A stretch of DNA of 64,000 bases from Octopus vulgaris (Eukaryota). A program made the translations under genes and the position numbers. Below are positions 51,121-64,000 of this stretch, one piece after another. The notes below the pieces were generated by a model, which was given only the letters and a program-made list of their open reading frames with translations, searched no databases and was not told where the DNA came from. The stretch spans positions 48,298,001 through 48,362,000 of the forward strand of contig OX597824.1 in the NCBI GenBank assembly GCA_951406725.2, given 5' to 3'. Each line of letters starts with the position of its first letter. Position 1 is the stretch's first letter.

Positions 51121-52152
51121 TAATAATATTGGTCGTATCTATGCATTTTAACCGGAGGAATTTGGAAAGATTTTAATATAGAGTCAACAGTTTAGAAAGA
51201 TGCTTGTCAATTTACGTAGAAAGCGTCGAGCTGTTGAGAAAAGTCTTTCCAAAGGACAAACAGTTGTACAGGTGATGGGAGAGGAACCATATATCAATCG
51301 GCCCACAGACAGATATATTAATGTGCAAATCAGCTTCTACTTTCGCTTTGTGTGCTGAAAAATATCATTTTAGTTTTATGACGACGACGATAACGATGAC
51401 GATGCTGCTGATGAAATGATGATGATGATGAAACGATGATGGCAGCAACTACGTAAATGATGACAATATTACTGGTAATGATGAAATTTGCTTCTGTTAA
51501 TCTAATATGACTAAATACCAGAAGTAGTGTAATGGAAGCGGAAGCTGTGTCTACGAAAGAACGAGTGATAGGCTCAAAGCCAGGGACCGGAAATTAACGG
51601 ACATACTCATTAAACGTCAATTTTTAGTTTAAAGACTAGGAAAACGAAGAAACGCTGTCAGTTCGAGACTAAACACCGGAGATTAATATAAACAGTTTTA
51701 CCAAACACAGAGAATAGAAAAGAAAACCCAGAATGTAACCAATTTTCATTCCCTTTCCTTTTGCTCACGTAGTAGTTTAAATTAATTTTCTTTTAATTAC
51801 ATTTATTCAGCCCAGTGATGCAATAGGGTGGCATCAGATTAAAAAAAGATCAGATTAAAAATAGAGTTTTTTTTTCTTCGTCCAACCATCTTTTCTAATA
51901 AAATAATTAATTATATATGAGATAATTAGTTATAACAAAAATGCATTTTTTTTTTTCTGCGTATGTTGTGATTCAGTTTTGCTAAGGTGAACCTCATTAA
52001 AACCAACAATTTGTAATGATGAAAAAAAAAGTTTAATCATTCTAAAGGGTTCCAATAAATACGTTAGGTTAATACTTAAATCTTGGTGGAATCAAATCGG
52101 TAACTGTTTCGATTCCTAGTTCACCCTTTGACACTTATGCTAAAGGTTAAAG

Positions 52153-52600
52153 CAGGCCTTCTCAACCATTTTTTATCTATAGACTGACCTTTTTGATTAC
52201 TATTTTATTCTGGTGGATCCCTATAGCCATTCACTGTTTCAAAGCTAGTTTTATAGAAACTTCTTTCAAAATTCCTATTTTGTTTTCCATACATTAACTT
52301 GTGTAGGATGACCTATGTAAAATGTTAGAGAAAGAAACCTAGGTTTTTCATGCAATACATACCAACATATATATTTAAAGCAACATGTTTTCAAGGGCCC
52401 TTAAAATAATATTGTAGATTCCAAATTAAAAAAAAAAATATTACAGTTCTTTGTTTTCCTAGTTCCTTAGAGAGCAGTGCTTCTCAAACTTTTGAACTAT
52501 CGCCTGTTTTCTTTTACTAACATTTTTTTCAACATTTCAATGACTACCTCACCGCCATTTATTTCCGAATACTAGTTTAATGCCTACTGCCCTACTGAAA
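52153..52600. mobile_element. hAT/Charlie-like non-autonomous remnants
   Basis: TIR-like starts caggccttctcaac (52153) and cagtgcttctcaaact (~52475); partner ends not clear. Confidence 0.45.
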
Positions 52601-53149
52601 GACAAAACTCTAAGCATATGTGGTACATCTTTCCTTTCTTTCCGTCTATCTTTCTTTCTTTCTTTCTTTCTTTTGTCTCTTATATATATTTCCTATATTC
52701 CTTTCTTTCTGGCTAAACGGAAATTAACAATCCATTGCTCACAGACAAATAACATTTAAATGAAATCGTCATTTGAGAGGAAAATCATCATCGTAATCAC
52801 ATCCATCTAAAGAATGGTTTATCTAGGTTGTAAGTTAGCCATGGAAAATCAGTAATATTTGTCTTTATGTCATCATATATTCGCACTACAGAACCTATGA
52901 GTGGTCTCATTTTGGTCGTGAAATCACAAGGTTTTATAATGTATAAAAATGTCTTCTTTAAGATTTATTTAAGTTCTTCTTCATGGAGTTCAAATCAGTC
53001 GCTGACAAAGGGACGAGACTTTTGAGTTAAGATAGTTCTTAGGATTTGTCTTGGGATTTGTAGTCGAGTTAGGATGTGCATATATATAGGTGCTATGCAC
53101 CTGACATACGTGCATCATTGAAGCGTTTGCAGCGTTTTCTCCTTATGTT

Positions 53150-53362
53150 GATTTCAAATTATAGCATAAAGCCAGTAATTTCAAGGGAAGAGTTAAATCG
53201 ATTACATCAACCCCAGCGTTCAACTGGTACTTATTTTATCGACCCCGAAAGGATGAAAGGCAAAGTCCACCTCGGCGGCATTTGAACTCAGAACTTAAAG
53301 ACGGAAGAAATGCCGCTAAGCATTTTGCCCGGCTTGCTAACGGTTCTGCCTGCTCGCCGCCT
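53150..53362 (-). mobile_element. SINE family A copy
   Basis: Complete head, core and short tail. Confidence 0.9.
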
Positions 53363-53567
53363 TGTTCTCTCGTTACATTGCCATTTCATCCATTGCATCA
53401 ATACGTAATCTATTTATATTTAGAAACTAATTATTTTAATTGTGCGCCATTGTGCGAGCCTCTGTATATGTGTGTGTGCGTGTGTGCATGTGCGTGCATG
53501 AGTGTGTTGTGCGTGAGAGAGGGAGAGGGGAGAAAGAGAGAAAAAAACCCATTTAAATATTTAACTT

Positions 53568-53602
<35 letters not shown>

Positions 53603-53660
53603 TACACACAACGCAAACATTTATGTATATGAATGCATGCAGACCCAGACACATGCACAC

Positions 53661-53663
<3 letters not shown>

Positions 53664-53753
<90 letters not shown>
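53664..53753. repeat. (CA)n microsatellite
   Basis: Direct reading. Confidence 0.95.
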
Positions 53754-53757
<4 letters not shown>

Positions 53758-54189
53758 TATACATAGTTAAATAAGATTCAGGTAAAAACCTTGTAGTATG
53801 CTATGCAAAGCTCGTCCACAGTTATTGGTTACCTAATGTCATATTACAGTGGAAATACTCTTGCTACTGGATATATATCAGGAATTCCACAGTATCCGTA
53901 GTTTATATAAATAGATATATAATAGAAAATGGAATGATCGACCTTCATTATTTAAAAGCGCTGCTATTGTTTCGACATGTTTTAACATTTGTATTACATT
54001 GGTGAGATGTTGTGTAATCATTATCATCCATCTAAGGTGTAAAATGTGCCTCCACAGGTCATTTTTGAAATTAGTTCTTTGTTAGATTCTACCGTATATA
54101 TACACAAGGCAATGAACTAAAAAAAATAAAGAAGCTAATGTGGGGCAACAAGTTTTAACAAATTTAGTAGTTTCATACTTAAAAAGAAA

Positions 54190-54620
54190 GGAAAGTGTTG
54201 ACGTTTCGCACGACAATACTTCATCGGAAGGAAGGTACAAAAAAGAAAATAAAAGAGAATAAATAAAAAATGTGGCTGGAGGAAAAGAATACGAAGGGAT
54301 TAGTAGCTAGGTAGGAATGCGATTCCATCTGGTGGAATCAGGAAAGGAGGTGGAGATTAAGACTATATTATTATATATAGACTGAGATAATCTCTAGGGG
54401 AATTTTACCGATGTAGTTTTTTTGGAGCATGTATAAATGTGTAGAGGTGTGCAAATATGAGAGTGAAGTGGCATGGGTTAGTGGATGTATGAGAGGAAGG
54501 TGTATAAGTGTAATCGTATTGTATGTGTGAGGAAGGGGTAGAAACGAGGAGCTTGCAACGGGCACGAGTGTGAGGCAAAAAAGAAGGGAAAGAGGAATGT
54601 AGTTTTTAAGATAAATCACT
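54190..54620 (-). mobile_element. Possible Penelope-like element 3' remnant
   Basis: TRARCK and NYIGK (GIY-YIG-like) in broken frames, followed by a hammerhead-like CCGATGAAG...CGAAACGTC. Confidence 0.45.
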
Positions 54621-55589
54621 CATGAAAAGAATATATGTGTCTGTGTATGTATATGTGTGAATATACATATGTATGTATATATGTATGTAATATCAACAGT
54701 AATAATATATTCCCTCGTTTCAGATTGATAAAAAATGGTAGACAAATTAACACCGGAAATATTAAAATATTCAAAAACCAAGTTGACAGACATTGAATGT
54801 TTTAACAGTAATGGTGGTAGTGGTGGTAGTAGTGGTCGTGGTGTTGCTAGTGTTAGTGTATTGCTAATGAACATGGTAAATGTTGCAAGAATGAAAATTT
54901 ATCATTGAATTTATTCACATATCAATTTCCTACTTATTCCGATAGATCTGTTCAAAGCATTTTTCATAAGCATAATTTCTTTTTATGACCGCACACCGAT
55001 ATTTATTTATTTATATATTTATTCTCGATTAGTTAACCTATCTCAATAAGTGATATCGACTGTTTTTGCATGCTTACTTAGGAAACACAAAGCGTTTACG
55101 TACGTATGTTATGTATATATGTAATTCAAGCCCATATAAAGAGCACTTGGATGAGTGTACGTCGTAACGCACCATCAGCTCCCGAGAGTTCCATTTACTT
55201 GTTGGTTGAGATCTTATCACTTGAGAACTGGAAAACTGGTGTTTGTGTAGTTATTCTAGGAAGGTTACACGCCAGTTGCTTTTCACCGGTCAATCCTCAT
55301 CCATATTAACAGAACTTTTCAAGTGCATTTACGCTGCCTACAGTAGCGAGCTGTTCTTACCCTGGAGTATCTATTTACGGTTACTTGGACTGGACTATTT
55401 GATAGCTGAATGTCATGAACAGACAACATATTTTTATTAATGAAGAAGAAGAGGGCGGTAGATTGGTAGAATTTGTTGGGGCATCAATACAGTCGGAGAG
55501 ATCCCTCCCCTCAAATTCCTGGCGTTGCGCCTAAATTAGAAACTAATTAATGAAGAGGAAGATCACTGTTTACAGTCAGGTAGACTGAG

Positions 55590-55760
55590 CCAATTCTTAG
55601 CGGCATTTCGTCCGTCTTCACGTTGTGAGTTCAAATTCCGTCGAGATCGACTTTGCCTTTCATCCTTTCGGTGCCGACAAAATAAGTACCACTGGAGTCG
55701 ATGTAATCGACTTACCCCTGCTCCGAACTTGCTGGCCTTGTGCCAAAGTTTGATATCATT
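55590..55760 (+). mobile_element. SINE family A copy
   Basis: gagttcaaattccgtcgagatcgactttgcctttcatcctttcgg. Confidence 0.88.
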
Positions 55761-57299
55761 ATGAATAATCAGCTGTGTTGTGGCCAGACACAACTAAATA
55801 TTGATAATGAAGAGAAAGGGCAGCACTCGTAATATTTGGAATTGAGGAAAGGAATACGCTATTATTAGACCAGTGACTCAGCCTCAATGCTAACAACAGG
55901 ATGGACGCCATGAAGCACACTGAAATATATGAAGTACTGGCGATCTGTCTGCTGTTTGTCATCTAATATATCCCTTCGGTCATCTGTACTCTCCATGATA
56001 CGATCACATACCATATGACTTAATTAGTTCTTCGTAAGAAAATATTCTAGCGATGCACGAGACAAAGTTAGTGCTTGTAAATTTCGAGAGCAAATATTGA
56101 ACGAATTCAACAATCGATAGATCGCTGTTATATCTTATTAGCTTCAATGTTTTTCCTTATCTTTTTTTTCTGTTTAGTTTGGGAGAGATGGGCGTCCCTC
56201 ATTACCCTTGTCCTGAAGGTTTCCAAAGCTGGAGAGAAGAAAGCAAGCTATTCCTGAACGGGAATCTGATCGAGACGCTTGCAACAAAGTGGTGGTGTTA
56301 ATCTGGTTGATGGATTAAGACTGTTACCATAGAACATAGAACGTAAATGGCCGGAACGAACGCTACACGGTTTCTGGCACTTTAACAATTGCACCAACCT
56401 ACTGTCCAGGATTAGTACTTTATGTCATCGACCCCGATAGGATGAAAGGCAAAAACTAACCTTGGCGGTTTATAATTGCCACAATACAGCGATGGCTCCA
56501 ATATATTACAAATAACAGTTTACCTTGCATCACACAAGCGAAACAGCAAAATATAAATGCTGTCTATTGCTTAATTAATTATAATTAATTAACTATTTGT
56601 TGCCTTTTGAGGAAATGTCCTGCCATTTAGTGATTAAAGTAAATGAAAATAGTAAAGAAATTATATTTGGATGACATGGTGACCGACTGGTTAAGACGCC
56701 AAAGTTTAAATCCTGCTACAATCATGGTAAAGTGTCTATGAAAATGACAATCAGTGATGATCTATAATGAAAATAGACTTAATATCACTTTGTGGGATTA
56801 TGGTGTAATAGAAGATATTGAACTCTGATCAACCCTGTTTCAATGTACAAATTCACAAATCTATCCACATGAATGTTAAAAAAGAACAAGCCTAAGGCAT
56901 TAATGTATATACATAATGTAACGGTGAACATGTGAACGGTGAACTCCATGCGAAAACAAGATTTTTAAAAATGCCTTAGAAACTTTCTCTAATCCCTAAA
57001 AGCTCGATAAATAACTTTGCCAAATACCATGGATTTTATATGTAAGTCACACTGTAAAGATGTAATTTGCAAAAATAAACGTAAAATGTTAGCTCATCAA
57101 TTCTATTATTCTGATTGGTTTCAGTTTTGTGATAATGCTATAGGATTTGTCTCCTTTTTTTTTTCTTTTTAACAGAGTTATTTAATTTATTTGCTTTTTG
57201 GTGTGTGATATAACTTTCCTAGAAAGCTAATTCAGGTAAGTGCAAAAATAATTATGGGTGTAACCATAAACATTCTTTAAAATTTACTAATTGAAACAA

Positions 57300-57490
57300 T
57301 GGTTTATAAATTTTGGCACAAGACCAGTAATTTTAAGGGAGGGGTAAGTCGATTACATCGACCCCGGTGTTCAACTGGTAGCTATTTTATCTACTACGAA
57401 AGTTGATCTTAGTGTAACTTGAGCTCAGAACGTAAAGAGCTGGAAGAAATCTTGTCAAGCAACATCCTGTCTAACTATCTCGCCACCTAA
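57300..57490 (-). mobile_element. SINE family A copy
   Basis: aattttggcacaagaccag...gtcgattacatcgaccccggtgttcaactggta. Confidence 0.8.
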
Positions 57491-57544
57491 ATAATTGAAA
57501 TAATAACCATTCGAATCTACACATTTTCACCAACAAGAAACAAA

Positions 57545-58376
57545 TCTACACCGGTAACATAGAATTCTGGTGTTCTGGAAGTGATACATTCTTCGAAGGC
57601 ATTTTCAGATGCAGCTTGGTTGTAGTAAACCTTTTGCATGAAACTACCGAGATGAAAAAGTGGTAATCAGTCGGAGAGAGGTCTACGGAGTGAGCTGGAT
57701 AAGATGGAGTTTTGTAACCCAGAGCATTCAATTTTTGCTGTATGGTTTATGTGATGAGTTCTTGCAAGTCAGGGAGAAGAATCGGTCTGTTTTGATTGGC
57801 CACTATTGGACGAAGTATTGCATTTTGTTGATTTGTTGATTTCGCCAAGATTCAACAAATAGTATTGAAGGATTCCATCTGCTAATTACAAAACAGTCAC
57901 CATAATCTTCTTTTAATGCAACTTCGGTTTGGGAACATGCTTCGGTGTTTCTCGGTGCCGAACGTCATTATTGTCGTACATTCATTTTTTATCACATGAC
58001 ACAATGTAATACAGAAATGGATTTTTGGTTTGTATCGCATTGAACTCACAGTACAGACTTCATAATAGAGGTTATTATATATTTTCTTTTGTATTTTCGT
58101 GCAGCGCACGCGACATCTTTTAGTCAAGATATTTCTATTGTGCTGCAACTATCAAACAACCGTTTTAATGGTCAACGTTTAGTTTTTCAACAAATTCTCA
58201 AGTTATTTCAGTTGCGCTCACGTAAATAATGGCTCTAATTTGGTCATTGTTAATGGCAGAAAGTCGTCTCCAGCCTTCCTCTTTGTGTTCGTATTATAAA
58301 AGTTTTGGAACCAATGCTCATCTGTACATTCGCCGACAATTTCTTGATGAAATGCTTGGCTGATATTGAAGGGTTT
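57545..58376 (-). pseudogene. Decayed mariner transposase
   Basis: LGYKTPSYPAHSVDLSPTDYHFF corresponds to the mariner YSPDLAPxDY motif; upstream frames are broken. Confidence 0.8.
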
Positions 58377-58456
58377 AGTCAGATAAGTTGACGAGCCCAG
58401 AACTTATTTATAAATATGGTACATAGTGGATCGATCTCTCTTTGCTGAATCGCTAA

Positions 58457-58550
<94 letters not shown>

Positions 58551-58699
58551 AAACAAATAGCAATCCCAACCAACATGAACAGCACTTTCAAGGCATCAGC
58601 ATTTACTCAGGCTTAGACACACGCATCAAGAACTTATTAAAATATATTAAAAAATACACACTCCAGAATGCAGGATGGACTTCAGTATCTACCTCGACG

Positions 58700-58890
58700 G
58701 CGTGCCACGACTCTCGGCAAGGGAGGTAGAGAGTTGCAAAATACCGATAACAACTTCAGTGACCAGTTAAATTGCACGGGGTCTGGTTTGGTCCAGGTCT
58801 CCAAATGAAGAAGAACTGTGACGAGGTGACGAACAAGGTAACCAATCTCACACAGAAACAATCCGAGAAAAAGTTGTCTCTGAAAGATTA
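58700..58890 (+). mobile_element. Tx1/L1-like LINE fragment
   Basis: PVKLHGVWFGPGLQMKKNCDEVTNKV is homologous to 29050-29130. Confidence 0.7.
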
Positions 58891-59789
58891 GGCAGAGGTA
58901 GTGAATTCATATATCGCCTCCGTTATATATTTCTTTCTGACCGTCGTGTCTTGCCCCCTCCCATAAATTTTAGGACTTTTGCATATAGTAGAAAGATTTA
59001 TTATTATCATTATTATGTCATTAGATAAAATTGTATTCGTGTGTGTGAATGTGTAAAAAATATATATTTACTCATCACATACAGTTCACCATTCAGTATA
59101 TTTATATCACTTGCTGGTTCATTAAATTAGACACTAAACTCTCAGAATGTCAAGTCAGTAATTTATCCGTCCCGAACTTAGATACAATTCCAGGGACTCT
59201 GCATTATCCAACTCGGCTCTCTTCTTTCATGAGAATGCCCTCGCGCTCTTCATCTAATTAATTATCACATTGCTTACAACTTCCCATCTATCACCTAGGC
59301 AAATTAAAACAGCGAGCCTCGTCGCCATGGATTGTATAATCTGCTTTACGTAGCATTCGATAAGAGGAGAAAATAAAAAGAAAATAGAATACAAAAGGAT
59401 ACATTATCGATGTTTGTTTTCTATCATTTATTTATTTGCTTACACTGAAACTGCAGATATTGTAACTGATTGAGTTGGAACATTAATGTAATTGCTATAA
59501 CTTGGCAACAGGCTACTAGACCGGCATGAAACATGCAGTAAGAAAAGTCCCATCCAAAATGAGGCTCTGTGCAAATGAAGCGACCAACTGGCAGAGATGT
59601 ACTATGCAGTGTTTATTCTGGCTCCTCGCCTTCTGAGTTCAAATTCTACTCAGGTCAACCTTGCCTATCATCCTTCCAAGATCTACAGATTAAAGTAACC
59701 GCCTTGTGTAGTGGACTGACAGAATCGTCAGTGTGTCGGACAGTTTGTCTTGCTTGGAATCTCTGAGTTCTGAATTAAAATCACTCTAT

Positions 59790-60700
59790 TTAAGTGGCAG
59801 ACGTAATCTTACACCCGGTGTAACGCCATTTTCTGGGACTTGGGGTGCATTTGGCGGGGAGGTCCATTCTGTTGCAAGCATCCGAAGTCAGGGTTTTCAC
59901 TGGTCTCGGAGACCCTGAAAAGCATCATAGGAGCTGTCTTTCTCCTTGACAAATCGATAACTTCTACGAAAGTTCTATCGCTGTTGACGGCCATAAAAAA
60001 AAAGGAACTGTCTTTTACAAATTCGTTTGAGTTAAAATACATCAATCTTGGGGTATATTAAAAGATCATTGACTATTTTCAAAATGAGTTTTTGGGAGTG
60101 ATATACCGAATGTCAAGCATAAAAAATTCTTGATTAATTGAAATTTGTCTCTGAGTTGGAGAAAGCAAGCCGAAACATAGCAGCACTTTTTAATAACTCT
60201 GAAAGAAAAGATGTATTATTTCAAGGAATTAAGAATGTTTTGTCTTGCTGTCTCATAAACATCATAAGCATAACTAATGAAAATAGTAATGATGATAGAA
60301 TAACAAGCACGCCATTAAACACTTTCTCCATCGGCTAACATACGCTTCAACAAATTTTTCACCGTGTCCTAAAATAAGATATTTATGATAAGTTCATCTT
60401 TTGATGAGTTGGTTTAGTATCGCAGCTTAAGAGGATTTAATCTATACTGTGAAGCAAAGCGGCTTTGTAGACTCAAAGAATATATCATAAAGTAGCTGCT
60501 CTCGTTTAGCTCCCAAGGGACCGTAGGGTATTTGTCACTGAGGACACATCATAGTCATATGTTGAGAGGGATTCTTTGATGTTTAAATAAATGCAAGAAA
60601 AACAATGTTTGGAGGAAATATTAACCATTTTTCATATTTTCTAGCGGTAAGCAAATAGGGAATAATAGTTGCTACCCAAGGACAAAATTCGTGTTACACA
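59790..60700 (-). mobile_element. Very decayed hAT transposase remnant
   Basis: YDYDVSSV (YDGASVM-like), YRLNPL (HRLNL-like) and MAVNSDRTFVEVIDLSRRK (dimerisation-domain end), followed by a GC-rich subterminal end. Confidence 0.45.
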
Positions 60701-61576
60701 ATATAATTTTCCAGGCACCAGGAAAATATAAATGTAAAAGTGTAACAGTAAATATATGCTAAAAAAATCCGCTAGAGATTGTAAGTAGATCACTACGTGT
60801 TTGGCACCTTGTACAGTAATCATTAACGGTTGACATTTAATGAAAACTGCACTTTAATAATAACTAGCTTACATTTAATGCAGGCATGCGTGGCGAAAGC
60901 CTCGTAGCATAAATAGTTTCCATATTTAGATTTAACGCACTTATCACCTGGCGGTAAGTATATATTACATAGAAAAATTAACATGAATGAATGTCAGATA
61001 GAAATGTTTAATTAATACCATTTCGTTTTTGTTGATGGTGTGGTTATTTCGAACTGATATTAGTGTTATCTATATTTAAGGCAATAAAAAAAGTGCTGAC
61101 ATGTGGTTTTAATATTACAAACACGAGATGAGTTCGTGATCATTTGTCTTTTGTCATCACATCAGTTCAAACTCTTCAATACTCGCAACTCTGTTGACGT
61201 CATTCCGAGCATTGAATCACAATTAACATATTTAGTGAAGAATTAATGAAGTCACATTTCCTTAATTTGAATTCCGAACAGTTCAGCGCACCTAATTACA
61301 GGAGCTGACAGGAATTTAACTTTTGGTTGGGATAAGTAATTATATGGTTCACCCCCGCCCTAACCTCGTTTCTTCTCTCCTTTCTCCTTTTCTTTCTTCC
61401 TTTGTTTCTTTCTTTCTACATCTATGCGCTTCATCTTTTGATTTACTCAAACGTGAACATACATATGTAAGAATGCTTTAAATGATTGGATGTTAATGAA
61501 ACAAAGGTAAAATGCCTTTTCGTAATACTGATCTAACCTAGTTGAAATGGTCTCAATACTAGCCAAGATAAGATGA

Positions 61577-61633
<57 letters not shown>

Positions 61634-61658
61634 AATATATATATACATACATACATAC

Positions 61659-62296
61659 ACGTGGTCTGATCAATAAGTATCCGGATTGTTGCTATAGTAA
61701 CGAAGCTAAAGCACGCAGAGTCAAGCAGCTTGACAAAGATTGACCTTGAACTCTGCTGTGCATGCACACTAAGTTTTAACGTTCTATCTCACTTCCCCGA
61801 ATGTCTTTTTGGTCAGATGAAAGCAATTTTGGCATAAAATTGGCAGACACACGTCTCATACTCAAATCTTCAGTGATAATGGACTGAATTGAACCGTAAC
61901 TGATCTGCACATCCTCTGATAACTCACGGATAGTGATTCGGTGGTTTCCCCTCACAGTTGCACGCACATCTGCGATGTTTTTCTCAGTTCTACTGGTTGC
62001 GGGTCTCCCAGAACGTTTGTCAATGTCGACATTTTTTCGGCTATCTTGGAAACGTCTGAACCACTCGTACACTTGTGTGCAGCTCATACACTCCTCTCCA
62101 TACACTTTCTGCAACTTAGTGTAGGCCTCTGAGCAGGTATCACCATGACAACTTTCTCTGTTATGGTCAATGCAACGATCACACACTACCCTTCCAAGCA
62201 ATACTGAAAATAGCGGAGGTAAGTTAGAACGTTAAAACTTAGGAAAGTTCAAGGTCAATCTGTGCCAAGCGGCTTTACTCTGTGTGCTTTAGCTTC
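61659..62296 (-). mobile_element. Internally deleted mariner with long inverted ends
   Basis: ORF 61776-62201: LQKVYGEECMSCTQVYEWFRRFQDSR...RSGRP...RITIREL...MRRVSANFMPKLL; 61702-61786 mirrors 62224-62296. Confidence 0.9.
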
Positions 62297-62354
62297 CCAT
62301 CCGACGCTCTAACAATTCTAACATTTGACCAACAACTACTGTCATACTTAATCT

Positions 62355-62560
62355 TTTTACTATAGCTACAGGGCCTGAAATTTTGTGGTAGGGTTTAGTC
62401 AATTACATCGATCCCATTGCTCAACTGGCACGTGTTTTACCGACTCCGAAAGGATGAAAGGTAAAGTCACCTTTGGCGACATTTGAATACAGATCGTAAA
62501 GATCTAGAAGTGCCGTTAAGCACTTTGTTCAACGTGCTAACTATTCTCTCAGCTCACACT
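62355..62560 (-). mobile_element. SINE family A copy
   Basis: ccgaaaggatgaaaggtaaagtcacc core. Confidence 0.8.
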
Positions 62561-63051
62561 GCCTTTATCAGAATTGTACTATAATCTGGAATCATTGAAT
62601 TGAGTAATATATTTTTTCGATCTTTGAACAGTCTATAAACAGCAGTTTTGGCAGAGTACTTTCCTGAAATATTACTAGGAAACTTGCTTGATATGCTTCG
62701 TGGGGAAAAAAATTAAAGAGTTTATTTGCTTCTGGCTGATCTGCAGATGACAAATGAAAAGACACAGAAATATTTGCGCTGCATGAATCTATGTATGTGG
62801 CTTGTCATTTGTAGTTTATCATATGTGACTCTCGAAGTATCGGCAGAGTGAAACCTTGCCTTTCATTCAGTAAACTAATACTGCAGTATGCATTGCATAG
62901 TTTTTTACATTTGATACAGTCCAATGCCTAGAAATAAATAAGTGAACAAACAATAAATGAAAAACATGATGGATTATGTAAAAAAAGCTGAGTAACCCAG
63001 AACAGACAATATAAGAAAAAATACATTTTATATTTGCTTAATCACTCGTTG

Positions 63052-63123
63052 AGCGGAGTGCATAGTGGCAACATGCTGGGTCCCATAGCCCAAAGGTCTG
63101 TAGATCGAAATCAAGCTCTGCAA
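63052..63123 (+). pseudogene. Initiator tRNA-Met pseudogene
   Basis: AGCGGAGTG...GCTGGGtCCCATAgCCCAaAGGTC...GATCGAAA...CTCTGCAA aligns end to end with eukaryotic tRNAiMet (CAT anticodon, diagnostic ATCGAAA T-loop); stems are disrupted. Confidence 0.85.
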
Positions 63124-63176
63124 AGAAACGGATACTAGTTTTGATAATTATATATCGCAACTGAAAATACCAACCA

Positions 63177-63342
63177 TGTATGTATGTATGTATGTATGTA
63201 TGTATGTATGTATGTATGTATGTATGTATGTATGTATGTATGTATGTATGTATGTATGTATGTATGTATGTATGTATGTATGTATGTATGTATGCATGCA
63301 TGTATGTATGTATGTATGTATGTATGTATGTATGTATGTATG
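63177..63342. repeat. (TATG)n microsatellite
   Basis: Direct reading. Confidence 0.95.
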
Positions 63343-63659
63343 TGTGGGGGGATACACCATATGCAATTAAATGGAAGCTTCTTCAGCAACCGGGACGATA
63401 TCTCAACGGGACTAATCGATTAAAATTTGCTAGACCCAGAGACCAAGAATCCTTAAAAAAACCCGCTTGATACGGGAATCTTCTTAAACTTCAGAAAAAC
63501 GATGCTTAGTTGGTACTCTCATCAGAGAAAATTCGTGTTGTAAACATGGAATACACTGTTTTCCAACTAGGAAAAAGTAATCGCCCTTTCAGGTCCTTTC
63601 TCATTGACCCTTTCAGGTCCAACTGGAACCGATCTAAGGTGGGTAACTCCATCTCGACC

Positions 63660-64000
63660 AGAATCATTATCATAGAATTTCGGTATGGGATTATCCTTCC
63701 GACGGATTTCGTTGAAGAGTGTCCTAGCTACAACGTCGTGTCTCATCGGTAGATAATACCGTGATGACATTTTCGGAAAACTGCTTATGATATGGGTGAT
63801 ATCTTGGGTGTGAACTCTATAAAGTCAGTATCGGTTGTCACATTTTACTGCTTTTCCTGCATCTCTATCCCTTTTGTGCGTCAGGTATTTGGTTGATATT
63901 TCCTATCCCTGGATTGCAAACGCATACCCTTCGAAGTGGGAGGTAGTAATCCGGTTATTGGTCTATAATAGACTGCTTGGATGATCAGTGTTACTATCAT
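63660..64000 (-). mobile_element. R4/Dong-clade LINE fragment (zinc-knuckle region), runs off the window
   Basis: HFEGYAFAIQG*EISTKYL...KCDNRY*LYRVHTQDITHIISSFPKMSSRYYLPMRHDVVA. Confidence 0.8.

Noticed and set aside
55770-56000. AALSLHYQY on the minus strand, like a CR1/Jockey C-terminus
   Set aside because: One short motif only; too weak to call.

Overview
AT-rich, repeat-dense eukaryotic DNA in which I recognise no host protein-coding exon; it reads as intergenic or deep-intronic sequence. The SINE families and heavy microsatellite load resemble octopus (coleoid cephalopod) genomes, which is an inference. Most ORFs in the track are microsatellite artefacts; those I can assign are decayed transposon frames. 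DNA transposons: Tc1/mariner-superfamily relics (a full-length DD34E Tc1 with ~135-bp TIRs, an older Tc1, a DD37D maT, an IS630/Tc1-like element, three mariners), hAT remnants and two MITE-like elements. Retroelements: fragments of R4/Dong, Tx1/L1, RTE, CR1/Jockey-like and Penelope-like elements, plus more than 25 tRNA-derived SINE copies of three main types (Meta-like, CORE-like, V-like). There is also an initiator tRNA-Met pseudogene. Most notable: two unrelated transposases each appear to carry a GT-AG intron just after the first catalytic Asp; one SINE subtype shares its 3' tail with a Tx1-like LINE; one 16-bp site was hit twice by SINEs; microsatellites appear to act as LINE targets; and several long palindromes are present. 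I found no convincing new gene system. All calls are by eye, without database searches, and boundaries of decayed elements are approximate.
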